DNA of 64,000 nucleotides from Somniosus microcephalus (Eukaryota): contig CM126235.1 in the NCBI GenBank assembly GCA_052327205.1, forward strand, positions 18,910,001 through 18,974,000. The letters are read 5' to 3'. Shown here piece after piece: positions 12,863-24,514 of the stretch. Every line of letters starts with the position of its first letter. The stretch's first letter is position 1. Under the pieces are notes generated by a model that saw only the letters and a program-made list of their open reading frames with translations, was not told the origin of the DNA and made no database searches. A program made the position numbers and the translations under genes.

Positions 12863-12999
12863 TGGTCCTGTGGTGTCACCATGTGGGAGATCGCGACCCG
12901 CGGTCAGACTCCGTACCCTGGCGTGGAAAACAGCGAGATCTATGACTATCTCCGGCAGGGCAACAGACTCAAGCAGCCCCCGGACTGCCTGGATGCATT
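12863..12999 (+). CDS. AXL: AXL exon ([46 protein letters not shown])
   Basis: tttcag acceptor, gtaagg donor, 137 bp; AXL-type sequence. Confidence 0.95.
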
Positions 13000-13185
13000 G
13001 TAAGGAGTTCCTGGGTGTTCCCATTTGAAATTATTATTGATGAAAAAGTACTTTTTACTAAAATTGAAAGATTTGCCGAATCCTTTTTAAAGTGTTCTTG
13101 TTTAAATTTGCCGATCAAGTGGCTCTTTAAACTTTGGGGGGGATTAATTTCTGGGATTAGCATTTTTCTGAAAAGGATGAAAGCT

Positions 13186-14140
13186 ATGAAAGGTTGGATC
13201 GGCTGGGGTTGTTCTCTTTGGAACAGAGGAGGCTGAGGGGAGACTTAATTGAGGTGTATAAAATTATGAGGGGCCTAGATAGAGTGGATAGGAAGGACCT
13301 ATTTCCCTTAGCAGCGAGGTCAGTAACCAGGGGGCATAGATTTAAAGTGCAGGAAACTCTTTGGTATCCGGCACCGACGGGACCGCCGTGTTGCCGGTTA
13401 ATCAAAAATTCCGGATGATGGAGAGGGTTATCTACCGAGGCTATTTTTAACAAAGAAAAATAAAAAAATCAATAAATGTGCAGTATACAGTAATTGGGTA
13501 CTCATCTACAGAATGTTGTGTTAAATGGATGGTGGAAGATGTTTGATTAAGTACAGTACTGCCAGTTGAGGGTAATGCAATGCAGTGACTACCAGCAGCG
13601 TGGGAGACACACAGTACCCCTGTAAAATGGCGGCTCAGAAGAGACTCCCGGCAGCGCGGGAGAGTCAGACTCCTGTTACAGGGGTATTGAGGTGTTCCGA
13701 CTCCCGACAGCGCCAAGAAGCCGAGTAGTGGCAGTTTGGAGAACTACCCCCACTGACTAACTCGGCCACCACGGGAGACTCGGACTCGGCAACATTGCCG
13801 GTTATTGAGGTGTTGTTTTCGGAGTGAGAATTTTGCCGGTTAATAGAGAATTCCGGATATTTAGGTGCCGTTTAAACGAGAGTTTCCTGTCATTGGTAGA
13901 AGGATTAGAGGGGAGTTGAGGAGAACTTTTTTCACCCAGAGGGCGGTGGGGGTCTGGAACTCACTGCCTGAAAGGGTGGAAGAGGCAGAAACCCTCATCA
14001 CATTTAGAAAGTACTTGGATATGCACTTGAAATGCCATAACCTACAGGGCTACGGACCAAGAGCTGGAAAGTGGGATTAGGCTGGAGAGCTCGGGCATGA
14101 TGGGCCGAATGGCCTCCTTCTGTGCTGTAAATTTCTATGA
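13186..14140 (+). mobile_element. CR1 3' fragment interrupted by MITE family B copy 4 (13350-13889)
   Basis: CR1 peptide RGHRFKV breaks at CAGGAAACTC and resumes as IGRRIRGEL after GAGTTTCCTG. Confidence 0.8.
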
Positions 14141-14231
14141 TTCTATTTTATGAATGTTTCCTCGAGGTTTTATTGGATTCTTCACTGGATTAACTTTTCC
14201 TGACAGAGTCCCAAAAGTGTGTAGAAATCAT

Positions 14232-14420
14232 GGGATTCATTTTAACCGAACCCCACCCGTCGGGATGCTGACGGGATCGGGGCCAACGCCGGTTTAATAC
14301 CAGGCCCGATTTTACTCTTCATTGGAGTCGACGGGGAACAATATTGGGCGGGGTTTAAAACCGGCGTTTCTCCCGAACCTGTGGGATTCCCGCCCGGTGA
14401 ACTGGGTTAATATTATCCCC
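14232..14420. mobile_element. Short Harbinger-like foldback MITE
   Basis: CAT|GGGATTCATTTTAACC...GGTTAATATTATCCCC|CAT (3-bp TSD, 12/16 TIR match); internal inverted halves. Confidence 0.6.
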
Positions 14421-14461
14421 CATAACTTTCCTTCTGGAACCAGGGGTAGTGACTAGAAACT

Positions 14462-15170
14462 GAATAGGTGGAGCTTTCGCCATTCTTACGAGACTCTCCT
14501 GAGTGAGGGGGTCACTCTGTACCGCTCAGTCCATTAATCCCACCACGAAAGCGCTTAAAATCGCGCCGGCCATTCGGGGAAACGGCAGCCAGTATTCATG
14601 CAGCTGGCATCGACCCACTGTCCAGAGGGACGGAATCGCGGGGCGCACGGTGACATAAAGACCAACGCCTCATCGCTGACCCAACAGCAGAGGTCCCTGG
14701 CTTCGACCTCCCTCGAAGACAGCCGACAGCGCGCAACCCAATCCGCACAGGACATGGACGATGCGGCCTCCTGCCCCACAAGAGGCGGGACCACCCGAAG
14801 TGTGACTGTGGCCATGAGTCCCAGACCACGGAACACGTCACGTCAACCCGCCCGCTAAGATCTGTTGCGGGAGGGACCTCGTTTCTCCACTTGGCATCTC
14901 AGGAGGCCATCGGATGGACAGCCAGGTTAGACATCCCGTTATAAACTTTTCCCGTCACACGAAACAGCAAGAAGTCCAGTAAGGACGTTCCTGAGTGAGG
15001 GTGATGTTGCACCACCCAGTCCGTCAGTGACTCTTCCACTCAACCAGACTGAATGGGGTATTGACGAGGGCACGAGGTCTATTGCACCGGCTCGGGAACG
15101 TGATGAAGCAGCAGGTATATTATTTTGGATGGGGGATTAATCAGGACGACTTTACCAATTCAGTCTCGGG
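14462..15170 (+). ncRNA. Candidate structured RNA element of unknown class in last AXL intron
   Basis: Many nested stems with G-U pairs on + strand (see findings); CpG-rich relative to flanks. Confidence 0.45.
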
Positions 15171-15299
15171 AGGGCAGGAGAAATGCTTGTTGCAGATGGT
15201 TGTGAGGACTAAAAAGGATGGTAAGAGTGGAATGTATTAATGCATTTAATAGGGGAATATTTGAAAAAAGAAAAATTTAGAAGAGTGGTGAATTGTGAT

Positions 15300-15705
15300 T
15301 AACAACAACAACAACTTGCATTTATATGGCGCTTTTAACGTAGTAAAACGTCCCAAGACGCTTCACAGGAGTGCAATAAGACAAAAAATCGACACCGGGC
15401 CACAAAGAAATTAGGGCAGGGGGCCACAAGCTTGGTCAAAGAGGCAGGTTTTAAGGAGCGTCTTAAAGGAGGAAAGAGAGGTAGCGAGGCGGAGAGGTTT
15501 AAGCAGGGAATTCCAGAGCTTAGGGCCCAGGCAACAGAAGGCACGGCCGCCAATGGTGGAGCAATTATAATCAGGGATGCTCAAGAGGGCAGAATTAGAG
15601 GAGCGCCGATATCTCGGGGGTTGTGGGGCTGGAGGAGATTACAGAGATAGGGAGGGGCGAGGTCATGGAGGGATTTGAAAACAAGGATGAGAATTTTGAA
15701 AACGA
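15300..15705 (-). mobile_element. L2 LINE 3' tail
   Basis: FKILILVFKSLHDLAPPYL peptide and (CAA)n end. Confidence 0.8.
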
Positions 15706-15714
15706 AGCTTTGCT

Positions 15715-18370
15715 TAACTGGATAGTTCTTAAGTGGATAGTTCTTAAGTAGATGGTTCTTAAATGGATAGTTCTTAAGTGGATGGTTCTTAAGTAGATGG
15801 TTCTTAACGGGATAGTTCTTAAGTGGATAGTTCTTAAGTGGATGGTTCTTAAATGGATAGTTCTTAAGTGGGTAGTTCTTAACGGGATAGTTCTTAAGTG
15901 GATGGTTCTTAAGTGGATGGTTCTTAAGTGGATAGTTCTTAACGGGATAGTTCTTAAGTGGATAGTTCTTAACGGGATAGTTCTTAAGTGGATGGTTCTT
16001 AAGTGGATGGTTCTTAACTGGATAGTTCTTAAGTGGGTAGTTCTTAACGGGATAGTTCTTAAGTGGATAGTTCTTAACGGGATAGTTCTTAAGTGGATAG
16101 TTCTTAACGGGATAGTTCTTAAGTGGATAGTTCTTAAGTGGATAGTTCTTAACGGGATAGTTCTTAAGTGGATAGTTCTTAACGGGATAGTTCTTAAGTG
16201 GATAGTTCTTAACGGGATAGTTCTTAAGTGGATAGTTCTTAAGTGGATAGTTCTTAAGTGGATAGTTCTTAAGTGGATAGTTCTTAACGGGATAGTTCTT
16301 AACAGGATAGTTCTTAAGTGGATAGTTCTTAACGGGATAGTTCTTGACTGGATAGTTCTTAATGGGATAGTTCTTAAGTGGATGGTTCTTAACGAGATAG
16401 TTCTTAAGTGGATAGTTCTTAAGTGGATAGTTCTTAACGGAATAGTTCTTAAGTGGATAGTTCTTAAGTGGATAGTTCTTAAGTGGATAGTTCTTAACGG
16501 GATAGTTCTTAAGTGGATAGTTCTTAAGTGGATAGTTCTTAACGGGATAGTTCTTAAGTGGATAGTTCTTAACTGGATAGTTCTTAACTGGATGGTTCTT
16601 AACGGGATAGTTCTTAACGGGATAGTTCTTAAGTGGATGGTTCTTAACGGGATAGTTCTTAACGGGATAGTTCTTAACGGGATAGTTCTTAAGTGGATGG
16701 TTCTTAACGGGATAGTTCTTAACGGGATAGTTCTTAAGTGGATAGTTCTTAACGGGATAGTTCTTAAGTGGATGGTTCTTAACGGGATAGTTCTTAACGG
16801 GATAGTTCTTAACGGGATAGTTCTTAAGTGGGTGGTTCTTAACGGGATAGTTCTTAAGTGGATAGTTCTTAAGCGGATGGTTCTTAACGGGATAGTTCTT
16901 AAGTGGATGGTTCTTAACGGGATAGCTCTTAACGGGATAGTTCTTAACGGGATAGTTCTTAAGTGGATAGTTCTTAACGGGATAGTTCTTAAGTGGATAG
17001 TTCTTAACGGGATAGTTCTTAAGCGGATGGTTCTTAACGGGATAGTTCTTAAGTGGATGGTTCTTAACGGGATAGCTCTTAACGGGATAGTTCTTAACTG
17101 GATGGTTCTTAACGGGATAGTTCTTAACGGGATAGTTCTTAAGTGGATAGTTCTTAACGGGATAGTTCTTAAGTGGATAGTTCTTAAGTGGATGGTTCTT
17201 AACGGGATAGTTCTTAACGGGATAGTTCTTAACGGGATAGTTCTTAAGTGGATGGTTCTTAACGGGATAGTTCTTAACGGGATAGTTCTTAACGGGATAG
17301 CTCTTAAGTGGATAGTTCTTAACGGGATAGTTCTTAATGGGATAGTTCTTAAGTGGATAGTTCTTAACGGGATAGTTCTTAAGAGGATGGTTCTTAACGG
17401 GATAGTTCTTAAGTGGATGGTTCTTAACGGGATAGCTCTTAACGGGATAGTTCTTAACTGGATGGTTCTTAACGGGATAGTTCTTAACGGGATAGTTCTT
17501 AAGTAGATAGTTCTTAACGGGATAGTTCTTAAGTGGATAGTTCTTAAGTGGATGGTTCTTAACGGGATAGTTCTTAATGGGATAGTTCTTAACGGGATAG
17601 TTCTTAAGTGGATGGTTCTTAACGGGATAGTTCTTAACGGGATAGTTCTTAACGGGATAGCTCTTAAGTGGATAGTTCTTAACGGGATAGTTCTTAAGTG
17701 GATAGTTCTTAACGGGATAGTTCTTAACGGGATAGTTCTTAATTGGATGGTTCTTAACGGGATAGTTCTTAACGGGATAGTTCTTAAGTGGATGGTTCTT
17801 AACGGGATAGTTCTTAAGTGGATAGTTCTTAAGTGGATAGTTCTTAATGGGATAGTTCTTAAGTGGATAGTTCTTAACGGGATAGTTCTTAAGTGGATGG
17901 TTCTTAACGGGATAGTTCTTAACGGGATAGTTCTTAACGGGATAGTTCTTAAGTGGATGGTTCTTAACGGGATAGTTCTTAACGGGATAGTTCTTAACGG
18001 GATAGCTCTTAAGTGGATAGTTCTTAACGGGATAGTTCTTAAGTGGATAGTTCTTAACGGGATAGTTCTTAACGGGATAGTTCTTAAGTGGATGGTTCTT
18101 AACGGGATAGTTCTTAAGTGGATAGTTCTTAAGTGGATAGTTCTTAAGTGGATAGTTCTTAATGGGATAGTTCTTAAGTGGATAGTTCTTAACGGAATTG
18201 TTCTTAAGCGGATGGTTCTTAACGGGATAGTTCTTAACGGGATAGTTCTTAACGGGATAGTTCTTAAGTGGATGGTTCTTAACGGGATAGCTCTTAACGG
18301 GATAGTTCTTAACGGGATAGTTCTTAAGTGGATAGTTCTTAACGGGATAGTTCTTAACTGGATAGTTCTT
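15715..18370. repeat. Large minisatellite, 15-bp unit GATAGTTCTTAA(GTG/CGG), ~175 copies
   Basis: Continuous tandem array with interspersed variant units. Confidence 0.98.
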
Positions 18371-18492
18371 TCGGGCACGATGGGCCGAATGGCCTCCTTC
18401 AGTGCTGGAGAATTCTTTGATTGTATGATTGGTTTGTAAAGAGTTTAATGCACAAAGAGATCCTCCAGTTACTTCTAATTTCTTTTTGCCAG

Positions 18493-18913
18493 GTATGAGC
18501 TGATGTATTATTGCTGGCAGTTGAATCCTAGAGAACGGCCGACCTTTGAGATAATCTGCTGTCAGCTGGAGAAGATTCTCGAAGACCTGCCGCCCTCTTC
18601 GGACCCGGAGGAGATCCTCTACGTCAACATGGAGGACACTTGCCGGAGGTCGGACAATCGCTGCGAGCAGGGAGCAGTCGGAGGCGGAGACCTCGAGGAG
18701 TGTCTGAAGGATTCGTGCTCCCAGTTCTCCAAGGCGGCCGCGGTGACATCGGCAGACGTCCACCAGTCAGACGCAGTCAATCGCTACGTCCTGTGCCCAC
18801 CTCACGAGACCGCCCGGCTCACGGCGGCGGCGCCTTCGAGCAGCCACCCACCGCTGTGTTCAGCGGCCGAGAACCTGCCGCTGGAAGAAATGTGCGGGAG
18901 GGAATATAAATGA
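18493..18913 (+). CDS. AXL: AXL terminal coding exon (YELMYYCWQLNP...ILYVNM...RYVLCP...stop)
   Basis: ttttgccag acceptor in correct phase; retains AXL docking motifs YVNM and RYVLCP; TGA at 18911-18913. Confidence 0.95.
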
Positions 18914-21152
18914 GAGAAGCCGCCCGCACTTTCTGCTCCTCGTGTTTACAGGCGCCCTGCCTCGAACAATCACTCGGTCGATCTCCAAACAAAGGCTGAC
19001 TGCAAGGCGTGTTTATATTGCAAGAATGTACGGCGTCACTTTGACCGTAAGGACACAAGAACAGTCTCTCGGCAAAAGGATGTCAAGAATTGGGACCATA
19101 AAGTGCAGACAGCTGACCAATTTAATCATTCCCCAACCCTGCTGTCTTGGGTGCCAATCACTCGCCTTCCATGAATTTTGAAATCTCTCTTGCTTATCTT
19201 ATGCCTGCCACTTTTCACCCCTCATAAAACACTTTCCATCCCTCGTAAGACAAGAGCTAAAGGCGAACGCGGCCTATAATTTATATCGCAGTTTATGCCT
19301 CAGTCCAGCAGGAATTGGGAATGGGTCCTAAATGCTTCTTGACATTCAGGTTCTGTCAGGGGTCTTCGGGAAGGTAGCCATTGTGAAGCTAACCGTGCTG
19401 GGATGTGCACACGTTAACCCAGCTTCCTGCAGGAAACAAAGCACCAGAGGTGAAAGGTCAAGAGGTCATGAGTTCGGGGGGGATGTAGGCTCCAATTAAG
19501 CTGTATGACCTCTGGCCCTAATTTTTTTAAACATTTTCCTGTACAGCAATGAGAGGGAATCTGAATCTGAACTATTTGGGGACTTGGCATGAAAACAATT
19601 CTAGACAGCGGAACACATTACAGACGAGAAGTTCACTTCAAAAAAAGTATTTTTCTGAAATATTTATAAGGTAGAAATGGAACGTCAGGGAAGAAACTAT
19701 TGAACGGAAGTGCGGAGAAATTAGAGTGCCTGCAGCTCAGGCATTCCGAAAGTAAATTAATTTACAAGTTCATTCCCGTCCCTCCCCATCCAGTTTGTTA
19801 TAATCCGTAGGTGAATCGTAGTCCACACGAGATGTGTTTGACTGCGACCCTAGTTACCATTGACACAGTGAGCCAAGTGAACCGGTGGACTTATGAAGCC
19901 ATCATTGACCTTATTCCACCTATCGCTTTCACTAGCCAACAAATCTAAATACAGATATCCCCCACCGCATAACTGGGACGTGGTTAAACAAGGCCGTTCC
20001 TTTAATGGGAGGCACTTTCTCAGGCATCACGATGTACGAATAGACAACTTGATGAACTTACGATGTTGAGTCAGCACTTTTGGGACATTTTCCAGGGCCA
20101 GCAAAGGTTTAGACACTGTAATTCCTAGCCCTGTTCAGCACGCCACACTTTAGACTCACCGCACGGGTTGGGAAGGGACCCTAAATGCACACTCTAGCAC
20201 CAGTGTCGGGCCACAGGTTGAATAACTAGACACTTTGCTTCTGGTGTTAAGTTCTGGTACAATAAGCCAATGTCAAAGATTAGTGTGACCCTCTCCCAGC
20301 TAGTTGGCCGTTCTGCACGGCTAACAGCTGTGTGGTGAGTCGAGACTTTCTATCGTGTCTTTAACCAGCAGATACTTCTTCAATGTTAGTTAGCTTTCTG
20401 CACAGTTGGCGCCTTTGCGATTGTTCATGCTATCTCAGGTTTGAGAAGGTGTGGCCCTTTTATAGGCAGGTGACTAGTAGCCTGGATGGCAAGTTGACTG
20501 GGCAACGGTTTGGCAGCTTTGCTTCACGGCACTACCATCCGGTTGGTAATGAAGATACTGCTGCTCGGGGGTGCCTGTCTAGTTCTGACCTTTAGGGTCT
20601 GTCCCAAAGGTTGCAGTGAAGCGTTGAGCTTTGGACACCAACGACAGCTACTTTCAAAGGGGCTTCTCCACGTAAAGAACTGTTCGAGCCATCTAGTCCA
20701 AACCTGTCGCCCGTCGAGGGCAAAGCACCTTGGGCCTTGTGTCTTAACGAGTGCAGAACATTTGAATAGAATTGTTTACAATATTTTGTGAACACAAGGT
20801 ACAAACATCCTCTGGCAACTCCTAGCATGAACGGAAATTGGTAGAGCCATCACTCACTAAGGGGGCAGCTGTGACGTCGGACCTTGTCTTCAACTACTAG
20901 CTTTGTGTCAGGTTAATGCTGCACTGAAGGACTCTGGGATACCTGTGCTCTACAATTATATCCAAGCAGGAGTAATCAACCAATCAGAGGCTGAATTTTT
21001 GTGAATGATTTACGTATTTGCTATCGTTGATTTTGGCACATGAATTGCCCCCCTTCATGAACATTTTTTGCCCTCGAGTAGTCACCTTGACGACTCCTTG
21101 CACCGGCTGTACGGAGGTCAAGGGTCTATGCGGGAATAAACGGCACGCAAGA

Positions 21153-21840
21153 GAAACATAGAAACATAGAAGATAGGAGCAGGAGTAGGCCATTCGGCCC
21201 CTCGAGCCTGCTCCGCCATTCAATGCGATCATGGCTGATCATCCAAACTCAGTACCCTGTCCCTGCCTTCTCCCCATTATCCCTTGATCCCTTTAGCCTT
21301 AAGAAATATATCCAACTCCTTCTTGAATATATTTAATGAATTGGCCTCAACTGCCTTGTGTGGTAGAGAATTCCACAGGTTCACCACTCTCTGGGTGAAG
21401 AAATTTCTCCTCATCTCTGGCCTAAATGGCTTACCCCTTATCCTTAGAATGTGACCCCTGGTTCTGGAGTCCCCCGCCATCGGGAACATCCTTCCTGCAT
21501 CTAGTCTGTCTAGTCCTGTTAGAATTTTATAAGTTTCAATGAGATCCCCTCTCATTCTTCTAAACTCCAGCGAGTATAAGCCCAATCGACTCAATCTCTC
21601 CTCGTATGTCATTCCTGCCATCCCAGGTATCAGCCTGGTGAATCTTCGCTGCACTCCCTCCATGGCAAGAACATCCTTCCTTAGATAAGGCGACCAAAAC
21701 TGCACACAATACTCAAGTTGCAGTCTCACCAAGGCCTTATACAACTGCAGCAAGACATCCTTGCTCCTGTACTCGAATCCTCTCGCTATGAAGGCCAACA
21801 TGCCATTTGCCTTCTTAACCGCCTGCTGCACCTGCATGCT
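21153..21840 (-). mobile_element. CR1 LINE 3' fragment (young subfamily), antisense in the putative UTR
   Basis: ORF 21277-21858; (GAAACATA)n tail at left end. Confidence 0.9.
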
Positions 21841-22449
21841 TACATGGCCGCCCGCCACCAGCGCCGCCTCAAAGCATTCTGGGATAGATCCGCAGCCATC
21901 AACATTCAGGAATCACTGGCCACTCCTAATGCTAGGCGACCCAAACAAAGGCCGGGCCTCCAGGAGTCGTGACGTGAGTTGAGGAATTGGCCAGCAGAAT
22001 AGTCCATGATCCCAAATGGATGGGCTGAAGCCAATATTACAATGTTTTGACACCCATCACCGCGTTGGAAAAACCTTCATCCTCATTGTAAAAAAACGAC
22101 CTCAAATAATTCTGTGCTGTTAATGATTGTGGATAAATCCCAAGATTAATTGCCATTGTAAATAGTTAGCTCTCACGGGAACCCTACTTGGCTTGAAATG
22201 TAAAGGACAGCAGTAACCATTTGCGTGTGTACGTCAGCTTGAATGTCGGAAGGGTTGGGGCTCAGATCATCTCCATTATCATCATTGGGAGCTTGTAGTG
22301 GTTATGGGTCCTATTAGCACCGTGACTGCTTCCTGTCATACACATTGGACAGGATGTTCAAGCAGCTACAGTAGTGTTGACGGCACTGGTGGAGCAAACC
22401 GGAGAATTTTAATCCCCTCCCCGCAGCCAGTTGTGATCTTGGATTCAAT

Positions 22450-23291
22450 GGGCTCGAATTTCCAAGCCCCGTGGAGGCGGGTTTGGAGGCGGGAACGGTG
22501 GGAAAATTGCATAATGGGGGGGGGCAGGAACCCATCCCGCCCCTAACCCGCCTCCGTGACCATTTCCAAGGAGGCGGGTACCTGACCTGTGCTGGGAGCC
22601 GCCTCCCCGAGGCGGGAAGGGGATTGTGCCAATTAACTGCCTGTTAACAGGTAGTTAACAGGCAGTTTTTTGCCTAATCCCTATTTTTAGCCCTGAAGTG
22701 TGGGATTCCCGACGGCTCCGAACCACGCCAAGTTAGCGAGGCGGACCGTCGGTCTGAAGGGGTTGGAGGGGTCGAGATGTCCGGTGTTCAGGTGAGTGAT
22801 GGGCGCATGTGTGCAGAGGTAAGTGTGTGAGGCAAGTGTCAAGTGTTTTAATAAGTTTTACTTACCTTTACTTTCTCCTGCAGGCTTCCTTCCTTCAGTT
22901 CTCGGGAGTCCCTCAGTTCACCGGCACAGAAAGCAGAATGGCCGCTGAACTGTCAAAAGCTGCAGCCTCTGCTTTCTGGTCTGGAGAGATCTCTAACTGA
23001 GTCTGAGTAGAAGGACTCAAGTTAGAAGACAGATTGTCAGTGTTTGGCTTCACAGAGCTGTCAAGCGCTGATTTTTCATCTGTCAAAAGCTCTTGACAGA
23101 TGAAATGTCAATCGCTGACGTCACCAGTAACCGGGTGTCCCTTAATTGGCCTGCTGAGCCCGCTGGGCGGGCTTAACAAGGTCAATCAAGGGAAAATAGC
23201 GTGGGTTGGCCAAAAGTCGGTGGAGGCGGGACTACAACCCAAAAAGTGGGAGTCCTGCCTCCATCACGTCCCCATTGATAAAATCCAGCCC
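22450..23291 (+). mobile_element. Harbinger-like MITE, family A copy 2
   Basis: AAT|GGGCTCGAATTT...AAAATCCAGCCC|AAT, 3-bp TSD. Confidence 0.85.
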
Positions 23292-24214
23292 AATGAATCC
23301 GGTAATATGTGGACTGACTCCAGAAAGAGAAAATGACCATGAAGTCTGCCGGCTTATTGTTAAAAACCCAACTGGTTCACTAATGCCCTTCAGGGAAGGG
23401 AAACCTGCTTGTGGGATGGGTAAACACTCCCTTACCACCCCACACAGGGGATGGAGTAGGAAGTTTGCACTAGTTTGAATGAGCGGATCAACAAGAAAGA
23501 TGCAAGAGCACCATGTTGCCATGGCAATTCACGAGCTCGCAGCAGTTAAAAACGTGTTTCCGATGGCTCGATTCGCCCTCTGTGTTAATTCCTTTGAAGC
23601 GAGGCCTTTGGTTCAAGCAGCTATACCAGAGGCAGTTCCCCTTGAGCGCTGCCGGAGAGCGTATCGGGACACCGCGCAGGCCCAGCCTGTGAGTCTCCCG
23701 TCCATTGAGGTGAATAGTTAGCAACTCCAGGGGTTGAGGCAGTCTTGCCATCTCTGGCTGGATGTATTCCTGGCGGTTTCATCATATGTCCTCCTCCTTC
23801 CACACTGCCCCGCTTCCCCCACGCTCCCCTCCCATTGCTCACCTGACATGCCCAACCTGGCGGCGCCCCGCCTTCCCACGGCCAATCGGAAAGCGAGCAG
23901 ACTCTTCGTTACCCGATTGGACGATTCTTGACTGTCAGCCAAACAACCTTTTCTACCCCATCCCCAACATTTTTACAACTAATATACGAGAGAGCATTGA
24001 AAGAAACTTTTGTTTTTTAATGCCCCAGTACTTTTTTTCCCGAGGTGCTCCCAGTAGTTGCAGAATTACCACCCCCCCCCGCCGCACCCCCCACTGTAAA
24101 AAGGCACAAGCTAGCGACCTGGCCGCTGTAGAAATGTGGAAAGGTTGTTTTCCATCAGACATTCATTGACTTCCAATGGTTTTATCTGGTGACCCAATTC
24201 TCGGTGGGGATACC

Positions 24215-24337
24215 CAATGTTCCCTCTAATTCTTTTGTGGGGGGGGGGGGGCCGCGAGGCCCATTCAAAAATCCTCTCATGCGCGGTTTCTGCATTTAAG
24301 AGTCGGTTGCGCAGTTGTGTAGCTTAAAGGAACATTG
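24215..24337. mobile_element. Small hAT-like MITE
   Basis: CAATGTTCC...GGAACATTG TIRs; related to 1550-1710. Confidence 0.65.
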
Positions 24338-24514
24338 CTGATAGCCCCTAATTCAGTCACTAACTGGTCATGTCAGTCAGTGGGAGTGGGAAAATGCCAC
24401 ACCTGCGCAGTAGTGGACGCTGTGCTGCTTTGAGGACAAGGCTAAGACACCTTGGCGAGCCAGAGTGGAGGGAGCTTTATTCAGCATCGAACTGCGGTTA
24501 TACCTGACCTCCTT

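Noticed and set aside
14498-15005. Hammerhead ribozyme from CTGAGTGA plus CGAAA motifs
   Set aside because: The core has an extra nucleotide relative to CUGANGA and I could not build convincing stems I-III; no group I/II intron, rRNA, 7SK or telomerase hallmark recognised either
15581-18763. 1060-aa, 927-aa and 569-aa ORFs (KNYPL/RTIPL/IVLKW repeats)
   Set aside because: Artefacts of a 15-bp unit lacking stops in some frames; flanked by TE remnants and antisense to the AXL exon
2132-18913. MERTK or TYRO3 identity
   Set aside because: [45 protein letters not shown] and RYVLCP fit AXL better
19830-20830. Short ORFs suggesting a decayed gene or viral insert in the UTR
   Set aside because: Frames are short and carry no recognisable motifs; RNA pairing explains the sequence better
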